Assembly (NCBI GenBank): GCA_016874845.1
Contig: VGSZ01000001.1
Location: 4,581-68,580, forward strand
Origin: Deltaproteobacteria bacterium
GTDB taxonomy: Bacteria; Myxococcota; UBA727; VGSZ01
Reading direction: 5' to 3'
DNA length: 64,000 bases
The notes beneath the pieces are model-generated. The model did no database searches and had not been told where the DNA came from. It saw only the letters and a list, made by a program, of their open reading frames with translations. Shown one piece after another: positions 8,490 through 17,267 of the stretch (position 1 is the first letter of the stretch; each line of letters starts with the position of its first letter). The position numbers were made by a program, and so were the translations under genes.

Positions 8490-11400
8490 TCAGCTTGCGA
8501 TGCGTCCGCCGTCGAGCAGCGAGCACGGCATCGGGTAGCGCAGGCTCCACTCGATCGTGATCGGCCGCTCGCCGCTGTCCCCGTCGGGCGCCACCGGGCC
8601 GAGGTAGCGAAACGCCATCGTCACACCGGGCCGGTCGCGGTCGCGCTCGCGCACGAAGAGCAGCGGCGTGCAGCCCTCGGCTTGAGGGTGCAGGTGACGT
8701 CGGCCTTCGCGATCGGTCCGCTGCGTGCGCGCCTTCGACTGCCAATGGAACCGACGCTCGTGCAGGGGGAAGTCGCGGTAGCGCAGGTGCTCCTTCGTCG
8801 CCGCGCCCTTCTCGAGCGTCACCAGCAGCAGGTCGAAGCGGCCGCCGGCGACGGCCTCGACGCCGGTGTAGTAGTCGCGGAACCGGCCGTTCGCCGCGCG
8901 GTCGTCGAAGGCCGCGCTGATCTCCGGCCCCAGATACCGCCCGTGCAGCGCCAACGGCACGAGCGGGTCGACAGCGTGGGGAGGCGCGAGGATCGCGTTG
9001 TGGGCCCGCAGCACCGGCACGAGCGCGAGGAGCTCGGCGTGTACCTTCGCCGCGCGCACGAAGCGCTCCCAGGCGACATCGTCGTCGGCCGCGACCGCCT
9101 TGCCGTACAGGACCGTGAACAGCATCCGCATCACGCGCCGCGCACGCTCGTCCTGCGGCCGCTGCAGCTGCGCGAGGCGCTGCCACTCGTCCAGGCGGGT
9201 CGCGTCCCCGACGTGGGTCAACCGGTGCAGCGCGGCGAGGGCGTCCGGCTCGTCGTCGTCGAGCGGATCAACGTCGAGGCCGGCGTCGCGGCGCAGCAGC
9301 GTCCAGCTGCGGTCCTTTGCGTAGACGTCGCCGAGGTCGACGTCGGTTTCGGTGAGGAACTCGGCGAGGCCGAGCGCAGCGTGGGCCGGCTCGCGCACCA
9401 GCGCGACGAGCCCGCGCTTGTCGGTGGGCACCGCGCGCTTCAGCTGGTCGAGCACGTCGCGCTGCGCCATCTCGTCGAAGTGGAAGTGGCAGCCGGCCGG
9501 CAGTCGCCCGAAGCCGTCCTTGACGAACGCATGCAGCTCGCGGTGCGTGTGCCCGAGCAGCGCGCGCAGCCGCTGGTCGAAGCGAAACGAGAGGTGCTGT
9601 CGTCCGGTCAGGTCGAAGACGACGAGCTCGCTCTTGTCGGGCGCCCGCCGCAGTCCGCGACCGAGCTGCTGCAGGAACACGGTGGCGCTCTCGGTGGGTC
9701 GAAACAGGAACAGCGCGTTGACGTTCGGCAGGTCGACGCCTTCGTTGTAGAGGTCGACCACGCAGAGCACCTGAAGGTGACCCTGGTCGAGCTCGATGCG
9801 GGCTCGCCGACGCAGCTCGGCCGGGCTCTCGCCGGTCAGCACGGCGCTGCGCAGCCCGTGGGCGGCGAGCCGCGCGCTGACCGCTTCGGCGTGGCGGACA
9901 GTGGCGCAGAACGCGAGGGCACGCAGCACATCGGGGCGCGCGACGTGTTCGGCGAGCGCGTGGGTCGCGCGCCGCACGAAGATCTCGGCGGCGCCGACGA
10001 GCTTGTCGGCCAGCTCTTCGGTGGCGTAGTGGCCGGCGCGCCACGACAGGCCGCGCAGGTCGACGCCTTCCACGTCGAGCAGGTAGTAGCGAAACGGCAC
10101 CAGCGCGTGCGGGATCGCGTTCCAGAGGCGAAGGTTGCCGACCCATGGCCGCGGAAAGTGGTGCGCGTAGTCGACGCCGTCGGCGCGCTCGGGAGTGCCC
10201 GTCAGGCCCACCAGCTCGCGGGGCCGCACGCGCGCCAGCAGCTGCTCCCACGACGCGGCGGCGGCGTGGTGGGCCTCGTCGATGACCACCATGTCGAACA
10301 TGGCGGGTTCGATCGGGGCGTCGGCGCTGGCGAGCGAGTCGATCGACGCAAAGACGTGCCGGCCCACTGTCGGTCGGTGCCCATCGAACAGCAGCTCGCC
10401 GAACGACGGCACCTGCAGCGCGTGGCGAAAGACGCGCCGGGCCTGCTCGAGGATCTCGCGCCGGTGCGCGACGAACAGCAGCGAGTCGACGGCGCCGGTG
10501 CCACGCAGCGCTCGGTAGTCGAGGGCCGCCATCACCGTCTTGCCCGTGCCGGTGGCGGCGACCACCAGGTTGCGGTGCCGTCCGAGTCGCCGGGCTTCGG
10601 CCAGCTCGGCGAGCACCGGCTTCTGGAAGTCCTTGGGCTCGATCTCGACGAGCTCACCGTCGACTACGTCGACGCGGGGCTGCAGCGCGCGCGCGAGGCG
10701 GCGGCGCTGACGCTCGTCGGCGTGGTCGTAGCGCTCGAACTGGTGGTCGTCGGCCCAGTACTGCTCGAACGTCTCGACCATCTGCGCGAGCACTGCCGGC
10801 TGGTCGACCTCGGTCACGCGGACGTTCCACTCGAGGCCGTCGGTCTGCGCCGCGTGGGACAGGTTCGAGGAGCCGACGTAGGCCGTCGAGTAGCCCGACG
10901 CCCGGTGGAAGACCCACGCCTTCGCGTGCAGGCGCGTCACCTGCTCGTCGAAGGAGACCTTGACGGAGGCGTTCGGCAGACCGGCCAGCCGGGCGACGGC
11001 CTTGGCGTCGGACGCGCCCATGTAGGTCGTCGTCAGCACGCGCAGCGGCCGCCCGCGGGCGACGCAGTGGCTCTCGAGCTCGCGGCGGAATTTCTCGACG
11101 CCGCTGAGCTTCACGAAGGCGCACAGCAGGTCGACGCGGTCGGCGGTCGCGAACTCGCTACGCAGGTGGTCGAGCAGCGACTCGCCCGTCGCGTTCACGA
11201 TCAGCTGCGACGTGTGCAGCGAGCCGCGCGGCGCGTCGACGTCGCTGGCGGGCTTGCGGACGATCGCGGCGAGCCGCTCGGGGCGCAGGGTCAGGTCGTC
11301 GGCGTCGCGAAACGTGTGTGGGGCTCGCGCGCGCAGCACCGCGAGCAGCTCTTCGGCGAGTGCCATGGCGTCGGCCGGCTTGTCGCGCACCTCGATCAGC

Positions 11401-11582
11401 GCCAGCGCGAGCGCCTCCTGCAACAGGGCAACGAGCGGCCCGCGCAGGTCCTCCTGGTCGGCGAGGTTGCGACGCACGGCGACGAGCGTCGGGTCGAGCG
11501 CCGCCAGGTCCCGTGCCACCTGCGCGCTGACGAGCTCGTCGTAGATGCCCGGCTCGAGCGTGCGTCGTCGCCATCGCCCCAT
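8490..11582 (-). CDS. PLD nuclease + SF2 helicase + DUF3427 protein (SauUSI-like type IV restriction enzyme)
   Basis: LHAKAW...YVGSSNLS (PLD), AATGTGKT, DEAHH, LTGTPER, NEGVDLP, QQLGRGLR, and C-terminal YRD..FHWQS (DUF3427-like). GGAGG precedes the ATG at 11582. Confidence 0.88.
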   Translation of the reverse strand: MGRWRRRTLEPGIYDELVSAQVARDLAALDPTLVAVRRNLADQEDLRGPLVALLQEALALALIEVRDKPADAMALAEELLAVLRARAPHTFRDADDLTLRPERLAAIVRKPASDVDAPRGSLHTSQLIVNATGESLLDHLRSEFATADRVDLLCAFVKLSGVEKFRRELESHCVARGRPLRVLTTTYMGASDAKAVARLAGLPNASVKVSFDEQVTRLHAKAWVFHRASGYSTAYVGSSNLSHAAQTDGLEWNVRVTEVDQPAVLAQMVETFEQYWADDHQFERYDHADERQRRRLARALQPRVDVVDGELVEIEPKDFQKPVLAELAEARRLGRHRNLVVAATGTGKTVMAALDYRALRGTGAVDSLLFVAHRREILEQARRVFRHALQVPSFGELLFDGHRPTVGRHVFASIDSLASADAPIEPAMFDMVVIDEAHHAAAASWEQLLARVRPRELVGLTGTPERADGVDYAHHFPRPWVGNLRLWNAIPHALVPFRYYLLDVEGVDLRGLSWRAGHYATEELADKLVGAAEIFVRRATHALAEHVARPDVLRALAFCATVRHAEAVSARLAAHGLRSAVLTGESPAELRRRARIELDQGHLQVLCVVDLYNEGVDLPNVNALFLFRPTESATVFLQQLGRGLRRAPDKSELVVFDLTGRQHLSFRFDQRLRALLGHTHRELHAFVKDGFGRLPAGCHFHFDEMAQRDVLDQLKRAVPTDKRGLVALVREPAHAALGLAEFLTETDVDLGDVYAKDRSWTLLRRDAGLDVDPLDDDEPDALAALHRLTHVGDATRLDEWQRLAQLQRPQDERARRVMRMLFTVLYGKAVAADDDVAWERFVRAAKVHAELLALVPVLRAHNAILAPPHAVDPLVPLALHGRYLGPEISAAFDDRAANGRFRDYYTGVEAVAGGRFDLLLVTLEKGAATKEHLRYRDFPLHERRFHWQSKARTQRTDREGRRHLHPQAEGCTPLLFVRERDRDRPGVTMAFRYLGPVAPDGDSGERPITIEWSLRYPMPCSLLDGGRIAS

Positions 11583-11649
11583 GCGACCTCCGTGGGCGGC
11601 CAGGCTACGCCACCGCCGGCCCACGCGCGCACGACCTTTCGGAGCCCGC

Positions 11650-13020
11650 TCAGAGCATCGAGTCGTCGAGCAGCGCGCGGCCGGGCTCGAAGGTACCCAA
11701 TGTGTCGCCGCCGTCGGGGGCGAGCTTCAACTGCTGGTGCGTCTCGTCGAGCACGAGGGTCGCCTTGCCCAGCACGACGATGCCGGTGGCCTCGACGGGC
11801 TTCGTCACGAGCTCGAACGTGCCCGTCGCCGTCTGCGTCCACGACAGCGCCTGCTTCTGCTTCTTCTTCTCGCCCTTGCAGCTCTCGACGAGCTCGAGGG
11901 TGCCTTGCCCGGCCACGCGGCCGTCCTTGCCCGGCCTGCCGCCGGCGAACATCAGCGTCACCCAGGCGCTGCGGCACGACGCGCCTTGCAGCGTCCACGT
12001 CGCCGTACGCTCGGTGAGGCGCGTCGGCACGTCCATCGTCGCGACGGACGGCAGGCCGACCAGCTCGCGCACCTCGGGCTCGCCGCACCAGGCGTCGAAG
12101 GCCGGGTCCCTCTTTGCGCCGTCGAGCAGTCGCTTCGCTGCTGCGTTGGCGGGCGCGGCCTGCTTCAGCCAGGCGAGGTTCTCGATCATCGCGGTGCGGC
12201 CGATGCCGCCCTGGGCCTCGGCCGCCGCCCGCGCGTAGCGCGCCGCCGCGTAGGTCGGGTCGGCGACCAGCGCGTCGTCGAGGACGCGGCCGGCGCCGGA
12301 CCAGTCGCGCTTCTTCATCAGCGCCGCGGCCTCCTGCTCCTTCGCGATGGCCACCCTGCGGGCCGCCGCGCCGCCGCCGCGCAGCAGGGCGCCCACGTCA
12401 GCGACGACGATCAGGCGGCGCGCCGCGGACCCGGCGGCCGGCTTGCCGGTCTCCAGCGCGACGGCGACGGCGGCCCCGTCCTTGCGCCACACGACATCGC
12501 CGAGCTTCAGGGCCTCGGGGGCGGTCACCGACGGCAGCGCCAGCGCGCGGTCCTTGCTGCCCGGGTCGACAACGGCGACGGCGTGGGTCGTCGTGGTGCC
12601 GTCGGCCGTCGCCTTGAGCTCGATCTTCAGGCCCCACGGCGAGGTCCTCAGCGGCTTGTCGCCGCCGAGCGCGCTCATGGCCCACGGGGCCACCGGCCCG
12701 CCCACCGCCGCCTCGTCGACGGCAGCGCACAGGACGCCGACGTCGACCTTCAGGCCCGCCGGCCACGCCGCCGGAACGTCGTCGCCGCTGGCGCGACAGG
12801 CGCGCACGCCGACCAGCTTCTTGCTGGTGTCGAGCAGCGTGACGAAGTGCAGGTCGCCCGCCGGGTGCCAGCCGAGGAACCCCTGTTGCTCGTCGGGCGC
12901 CGCGATCGAGGGCGCCGTCGCCCCCCCGGGCGGCGCGGGAACGTCGACGCCGGCGCCGGCGGCGCGGGCGAAGAGCAGGACAGACGACAGGGCGGCGGCG
13001 ACGAGGACGGGGCGCGTCAT
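11650..13020 (-). CDS. Exported hypothetical protein with a TPR-like segment
   Basis: Signal peptide (AAGA). ALVADPTYAAARYARAAAEAQ and AKRDPAFD resemble a TPR/TPR-end motif. Confidence 0.7.
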   Translation of the reverse strand: MTRPVLVAAALSSVLLFARAAGAGVDVPAPPGGATAPSIAAPDEQQGFLGWHPAGDLHFVTLLDTSKKLVGVRACRASGDDVPAAWPAGLKVDVGVLCAAVDEAAVGGPVAPWAMSALGGDKPLRTSPWGLKIELKATADGTTTTHAVAVVDPGSKDRALALPSVTAPEALKLGDVVWRKDGAAVAVALETGKPAAGSAARRLIVVADVGALLRGGGAAARRVAIAKEQEAAALMKKRDWSGAGRVLDDALVADPTYAAARYARAAAEAQGGIGRTAMIENLAWLKQAAPANAAAKRLLDGAKRDPAFDAWCGEPEVRELVGLPSVATMDVPTRLTERTATWTLQGASCRSAWVTLMFAGGRPGKDGRVAGQGTLELVESCKGEKKKQKQALSWTQTATGTFELVTKPVEATGIVVLGKATLVLDETHQQLKLAPDGGDTLGTFEPGRALLDDSML

Positions 13021-13066
13021 GGCGGCAGCGATACACCCGGCGTGCGGCTCCCGCCACCTCGCGCGC

Positions 13067-13107
13067 CGGGCTCCGAGACGGGCTCCGAAACGGGCTCCGG
13101 GACGGGC
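13067..13107. repeat. 12-bp tandem repeat CGGGCTCCGRRA x3
   Basis: Read directly in intergenic DNA. Confidence 0.8.
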
Positions 13108-13292
13108 CGGCGGACCTCAGCATCCGACACAATTCTTTCGACGATCTCCGCCGGATTCAGCGCCTGCGCCGGACCGGACTCTCATCGCCTGGCCCCTTCC
13201 CCATTTCTGGAAATTCTGGCGGAAGAAGGAAGTGACGTTCGAGTTCAGCAGCGTCGCCTCCTGTCGCGAGGCTGAGCACGAGGAAGCCCACA

Positions 13293-13348
13293 CCCAGGAT
13301 CGGGTATGAGCAGCGGCGAAGCCGCGGGTAAGGGCCGGTGTCGCCGCG
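13293..13348. repeat. Dispersed REP-like repeat, copy 1
   Basis: 47/56 nt identical, ungapped, to 30842-30897. Confidence 0.75.
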
Positions 13349-13362
13349 CTGCCTCGCCGCGC

Positions 13363-13562
13363 TGCGACAGAAGACGTCGCATGCCGCGTCCGGACGCGGC
13401 GGGTCGGCGCGGCCCGCGTTGCCGTGCCAAGGTGCGACAGAAAACGTCGCAGGCGCGTCCGGACGAGGAGCGGAATGAGGCAGAGTGACGACAGAGATTC
13501 GCGCGCTTGCGACGACGTCGGCGTCAGGATGCCTTTTCCCGGGTGCGACGGAAACCGTCGCA
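13363..13562. promoter_or_regulatory. Three TGCGAC-N7-GTCGCA palindromic operator sites
   Basis: Perfect arms at 13363-13381, 13433-13451 and 13544-13562, upstream of the AAA ATPase ATG at 13606. Confidence 0.8.
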
Positions 13563-13605
13563 GGTCGCTGGCACATTGGTGGTCCACTTCTTCAGGGAGG
13601 GACCG

Positions 13606-15933
13606 ATGCCGAAGTACCGCCTGCACGCGATGCTGGTCGAGGATCCGCGGACGCACCTGTGGCTGCTGCGCGCCATCGACGCCATCGGCATGCTCGACGG
13701 CGAGGGACACCTGGATGTGATGACGCAGGCGGCGCTGGGGCTGGGGCCGCGGGACCGGCCCGAGCCGGCGGTGCTGCGGCGGCGGGTGCGGGCGAAGGTC
13801 GCGGCGCTCGCGAAGCAGCCGGCGTCGGGCTTGTTGCATGACAACGCTGCGCGGCTGGGGCGGGTGGCGCACCTCGACCGGATCGACGTCGAGGTGTTCT
13901 GCGCGGTGGCGCGCACGACGACGACGCCGTTTCGGCCGCTGCGCGATCACCTCGACGACATCGACGCGATGGAGCGCTACGTCGCCGCGATGCTCGACCG
14001 GCCCGAGCGCGACGTGCAGCGCGCGCTGGCGAGCAACGGCACGCTGCGCCAGGCTGGCCTGCTCGTCGACCAGACGCACCGCCACTACTCGGTGGCGCTG
14101 GCGCCGGCGCCGCGCCTCGAGGAGCTGTTGCAGCAGCGCTTCACCAGCGACGCCGCGTTTCTCGATGCGCTGGTGCCGCAGGCGAAGGAGCCAACGTTGC
14201 TGGCCAGCGACTATCCGTCGATCACCGACCTCGTGGCGCTGGCGGAGCAGCAGCTGCGCGTCGCCTGCGTCTGCGCAGCGCGGACGCCGACGAACATCCT
14301 GCTGCATGGTCCGCCGGGAACCGGCAAGAGCGAGCTGTCCCGCGTGCTGGCCCGGCGCGTCGGCGCGAGCCTGTACGAGGTCGCCGTCGCCGATGAGAAG
14401 GGCGAGGCGCGCACCCGCGACGAGCGGCTCGCCCACCTCGTGCTGTGCCAGCGGATCCTGTCGCCCCGCCCCGACGCGGTCCTCGTCGTCGACGAGGCCG
14501 AAGACATCTTTCCGCGCGCGGCCAGCGGTCCCTTCTCGTTCGTGCCGGCGTCCACCGAGAAGAAGGGCTTCCTGGTGCGCCTGCTCGAGACGCCAGCGGT
14601 GCCGACGCTGTGGGTCACGAACGCCGTCGACGCCATCGACGAGGCATTCCTGCGGCGCTTCGATTTGATCGTCGCCGTCGAGTCGCCCCGCGGCCGCGTG
14701 CGCGCTGCGATGGTCGACCGCGCCATCGGCGACCTCCCCCTCAAGCCGTCGACGCGGGCCCTGCTGCAGCAGGACCCCCGCCTCGCCCCGGCGATGGTCG
14801 ACCGCGCGCTGCGGGCGGCGCGCCTCGTCGCCGGTCGTCTGCCCTCGCCCGAGCCGCCGAGCGACGCCGCGTCGTCGATGACCACGCCGGCGACGTCGGT
14901 GACGTCGGCGGCGCCGGCAACGCCGGCGACGTCGGCAACGTCGGCGAGCGCACGGCGCGGCCGGTCGCTGGCGACGAGGCGCGATCGCAGCGACAAGGGG
15001 GCGAAGGCGGCGGCGCGGCAGCGGTCCTTGTCGTCAGCCTCGCTGTCGGCGCCGTCCGTGACGCCGCCTCCTGTCGAGCTGTCGTCGTCGGCTGCGCCGG
15101 CGGGCACGTCCTCAGGGACGCCGCCGCTGTCGCCGGACCGCGCCGTCGAGCTTGTGGCGCAGGGCTTCCTGTCGGCGTGCGGTGGCGGCGCGCGGGCGTC
15201 GCGGCGGACGCCCGCGCTGCCGTGGGATCAGTCGCTGCTGAACGCGACGCCGTCGGTGGACAGCGTCGTCGACCTGCTGGTGCAGCGGCGAGTGACGCAG
15301 GCGTCGCTCTTGCTGCTCGGCCCACCGGGGTGCGGCAAGACCGAGCTGGTGCGGCAGCTGGCCGAGCGCACCGGGCGTCCGCTCGTCGAGAAGCGCGCGT
15401 CGGAGCTGCTCAGCAAGTGGGTGGGCGAGAGCGAGAAGCTGCTGGCGGCGATGTTCCGCGAGGCGCGCGCCGAGGGCGGCATCCTGTTCCTCGACGAGGC
15501 CGAGACCTTCCTGTCGTCACGCGCCGAGGCGAAGGCGCACTGGCAGGTCACCCAGACCAACGAGCTCCTGGTGCAGATGGCGGACTTCGACGGCCTGTTC
15601 GTCGCGGCGACGAACTTGACCGATCAGGTCGACGTCGCGGCGTTCCGGCGCTTTGACCTGAAGGTGCGCTTTGACCCGCTGACGCTGCCGCAGCGCGAGC
15701 GCGTGCTGGCGCGTCTGCTGCCCGACGAGGGCCGACGTGACGATGACGTCCTTCAGCTGGTGGCGGCGGCGTCGCGGCTGTCGGGCCTGTGCATCGGCGA
15801 CGTCGTGGCGGTGCAGCGCGGGCTGCGGCTGGCCGCCGCGCCGTCGGTGGACGACGTGGTGCGTCGCCTCGTCGACGAGGTAGCGCGGCGGCGCGGCGCC
15901 GGCCGGTCGCGCATCGGCTTCGACGCAGCTTGA
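13606..15933 (+). CDS. Tandem (double) AAA+ ATPase
   Basis: GPPGTGKS/VVDEAE/AFLRRFD and GPPGCGKT/FLDEAE/AAFRRFD, C-terminal RIGF, low-complexity S/T/P/A insert between the modules. GGAGG RBS. Confidence 0.9.
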   Translation: MPKYRLHAMLVEDPRTHLWLLRAIDAIGMLDGEGHLDVMTQAALGLGPRDRPEPAVLRRRVRAKVAALAKQPASGLLHDNAARLGRVAHLDRIDVEVFCAVARTTTTPFRPLRDHLDDIDAMERYVAAMLDRPERDVQRALASNGTLRQAGLLVDQTHRHYSVALAPAPRLEELLQQRFTSDAAFLDALVPQAKEPTLLASDYPSITDLVALAEQQLRVACVCAARTPTNILLHGPPGTGKSELSRVLARRVGASLYEVAVADEKGEARTRDERLAHLVLCQRILSPRPDAVLVVDEAEDIFPRAASGPFSFVPASTEKKGFLVRLLETPAVPTLWVTNAVDAIDEAFLRRFDLIVAVESPRGRVRAAMVDRAIGDLPLKPSTRALLQQDPRLAPAMVDRALRAARLVAGRLPSPEPPSDAASSMTTPATSVTSAAPATPATSATSASARRGRSLATRRDRSDKGAKAAARQRSLSSASLSAPSVTPPPVELSSSAAPAGTSSGTPPLSPDRAVELVAQGFLSACGGGARASRRTPALPWDQSLLNATPSVDSVVDLLVQRRVTQASLLLLGPPGCGKTELVRQLAERTGRPLVEKRASELLSKWVGESEKLLAAMFREARAEGGILFLDEAETFLSSRAEAKAHWQVTQTNELLVQMADFDGLFVAATNLTDQVDVAAFRRFDLKVRFDPLTLPQRERVLARLLPDEGRRDDDVLQLVAAASRLSGLCIGDVVAVQRGLRLAAAPSVDDVVRRLVDEVARRRGAGRSRIGFDAA

Positions 15934-15973
15934 CGGCACGGGGCGTGGCGCCGTCGAAGCCGGGCGGCGGCGG

Positions 15974-16534
15974 CTACGGGGTCGGCGGCGACCGCGACGG
16001 GGTCGAGGCCGTGGCGTCGTCGGTCTGCTGCCGGCGGAACGCGATCAGGCGCTCGCGCAGCGCCTCGTCGTGCAGCGCGAGGATGGCGCAGGCGAGCAGG
16101 GCGGCGTTCTTGGCGCCGGCGTCGCCGATGGCCAGCGTGCCGACAGGGATGCCGCCGGGCATCTGCACGATGGACAGCAGCGAGTCGAGGCCGTTCAGCG
16201 CCCGCGACTGCACGGGCACGCCGAGGACGGGCAGGTGGGTCTTGGCGGCGAGCATGCCCGGCAGGTGGGCGGCGCCGCCGGCGCCGGCGACGATCACGTG
16301 CAGGCCCCGGTCGGCGGCGGTCTCGGCGTAGCGAAACAGCTCGTCGGGCATCCGGTGCGCCGACACCACGCGAGACTCGTAGGCGACGCCCAGCGCGTCG
16401 AGGATGTCGGCGGCCCTCTGCATCGTCGGACCGTCGCTGGCCGAGCCCATGACCACCCCCACCCGCGGGCCCATCGGAGGGCCCGTCGGCGGGCCCATCG
16501 GAGGGGAGGCGGTCGTCGTCGTCGTCGTGCTCAT
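15974..16534 (-). CDS. purE: N5-carboxyaminoimidazole ribonucleotide mutase
   Basis: [39 protein letters not shown]. Confidence 0.97.
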   Translation of the reverse strand: MSTTTTTTASPPMGPPTGPPMGPRVGVVMGSASDGPTMQRAADILDALGVAYESRVVSAHRMPDELFRYAETAADRGLHVIVAGAGGAAHLPGMLAAKTHLPVLGVPVQSRALNGLDSLLSIVQMPGGIPVGTLAIGDAGAKNAALLACAILALHDEALRERLIAFRRQQTDDATASTPSRSPPTP

Positions 16535-16636
16535 CGAAGGGTCTCCGCTGGGTCCGCGTCGTCGTCGAGAACGTCGTCGACCCCGTCGTCGGACGAAGAC
16601 GGGGCCGGCGCCCGCTTCGTGCGCGAGGGCGACGGG

Positions 16637-17191
16637 TCAGAGCTTGCGCAGCAGCTCGTTCAGGCGGTCGCGCGCCGCCTCGATCTCGGGGTCGGGGCGC
16701 GGCTCGACGTGGCGGGGGTACTCCTCGGCGCGCGGCGCCGGCAGCGGAGCGCGCACCGGGTCGGGCGCGGGCGACGACGGCGCGCTCGTCTGCGCGGGGT
16801 CGCGGGCCGGCTTCGCCGCCTTCGCCGACTTCGGCCGGGGCAGCGGGACGTCGCGGTCGAAGAAGCGGTCTTCCACCTTGTCGACCAGCTCAGCGAACGT
16901 GATCTGCCCGAACTTCATCCCGCCCACGACCTTCAGCCCGACGTCGGCCACCAACACCACCGAAAACCCGACGACGGCCATCACCACCAGCAACACGCCG
17001 AACTTGAAGAGGCGAAGCAGCAGCGACGGCTTCGGGGTGCCTGCCCGGCTGGCCTTCCCACCCTTGTCCCGGCGGGCGGCGCCCGGCGGGGCCCCGCCGC
17101 CGCCATCCTTGCGCTCGTTCCACGCCCCGCGCCGGCCGGCGGCGAGGCGACCACTGGATCCCGTTTCGGCTTTCTTCGCTGCGCGTCCCAC
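16637..17191 (-). CDS. Hypothetical single-TM membrane protein
   Basis: Basic N-terminus, one TM helix, Pro-rich linker. GTG start chosen manually. Confidence 0.6.
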   Translation of the reverse strand: MGRAAKKAETGSSGRLAAGRRGAWNERKDGGGGAPPGAARRDKGGKASRAGTPKPSLLLRLFKFGVLLVVMAVVGFSVVLVADVGLKVVGGMKFGQITFAELVDKVEDRFFDRDVPLPRPKSAKAAKPARDPAQTSAPSSPAPDPVRAPLPAPRAEEYPRHVEPRPDPEIEAARDRLNELLRKL

Positions 17192-17267
17192 GTCGGCACC
17201 GTAAGGGGCCGTCGAACACCCACGCCAATTTTCTGCCCGCGGCCCACGCCCGGGAGCACCGCCTAGC

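Noticed and set aside
8448..12017. 1189-aa plus-strand ORF and other long antisense ORFs (3462-6224, 44750-47992, 48296-50206, 54291-56156)
   Set aside because: Shadow frames of real genes in high-GC DNA, with no motifs and Arg/Ala/Gly-rich composition.
13130..13300. Lower-GC minus-strand stretch reading LLNSNVTSFFRQNFQKWG, reminiscent of a restriction-modification specificity domain remnant
   Set aside because: Too short, with no start and no other motif. Cannot be supported without a search.
13569..13585. TGGCAC sigma-54-like element before the AAA gene
   Set aside because: The -12 position reads GT rather than GC.
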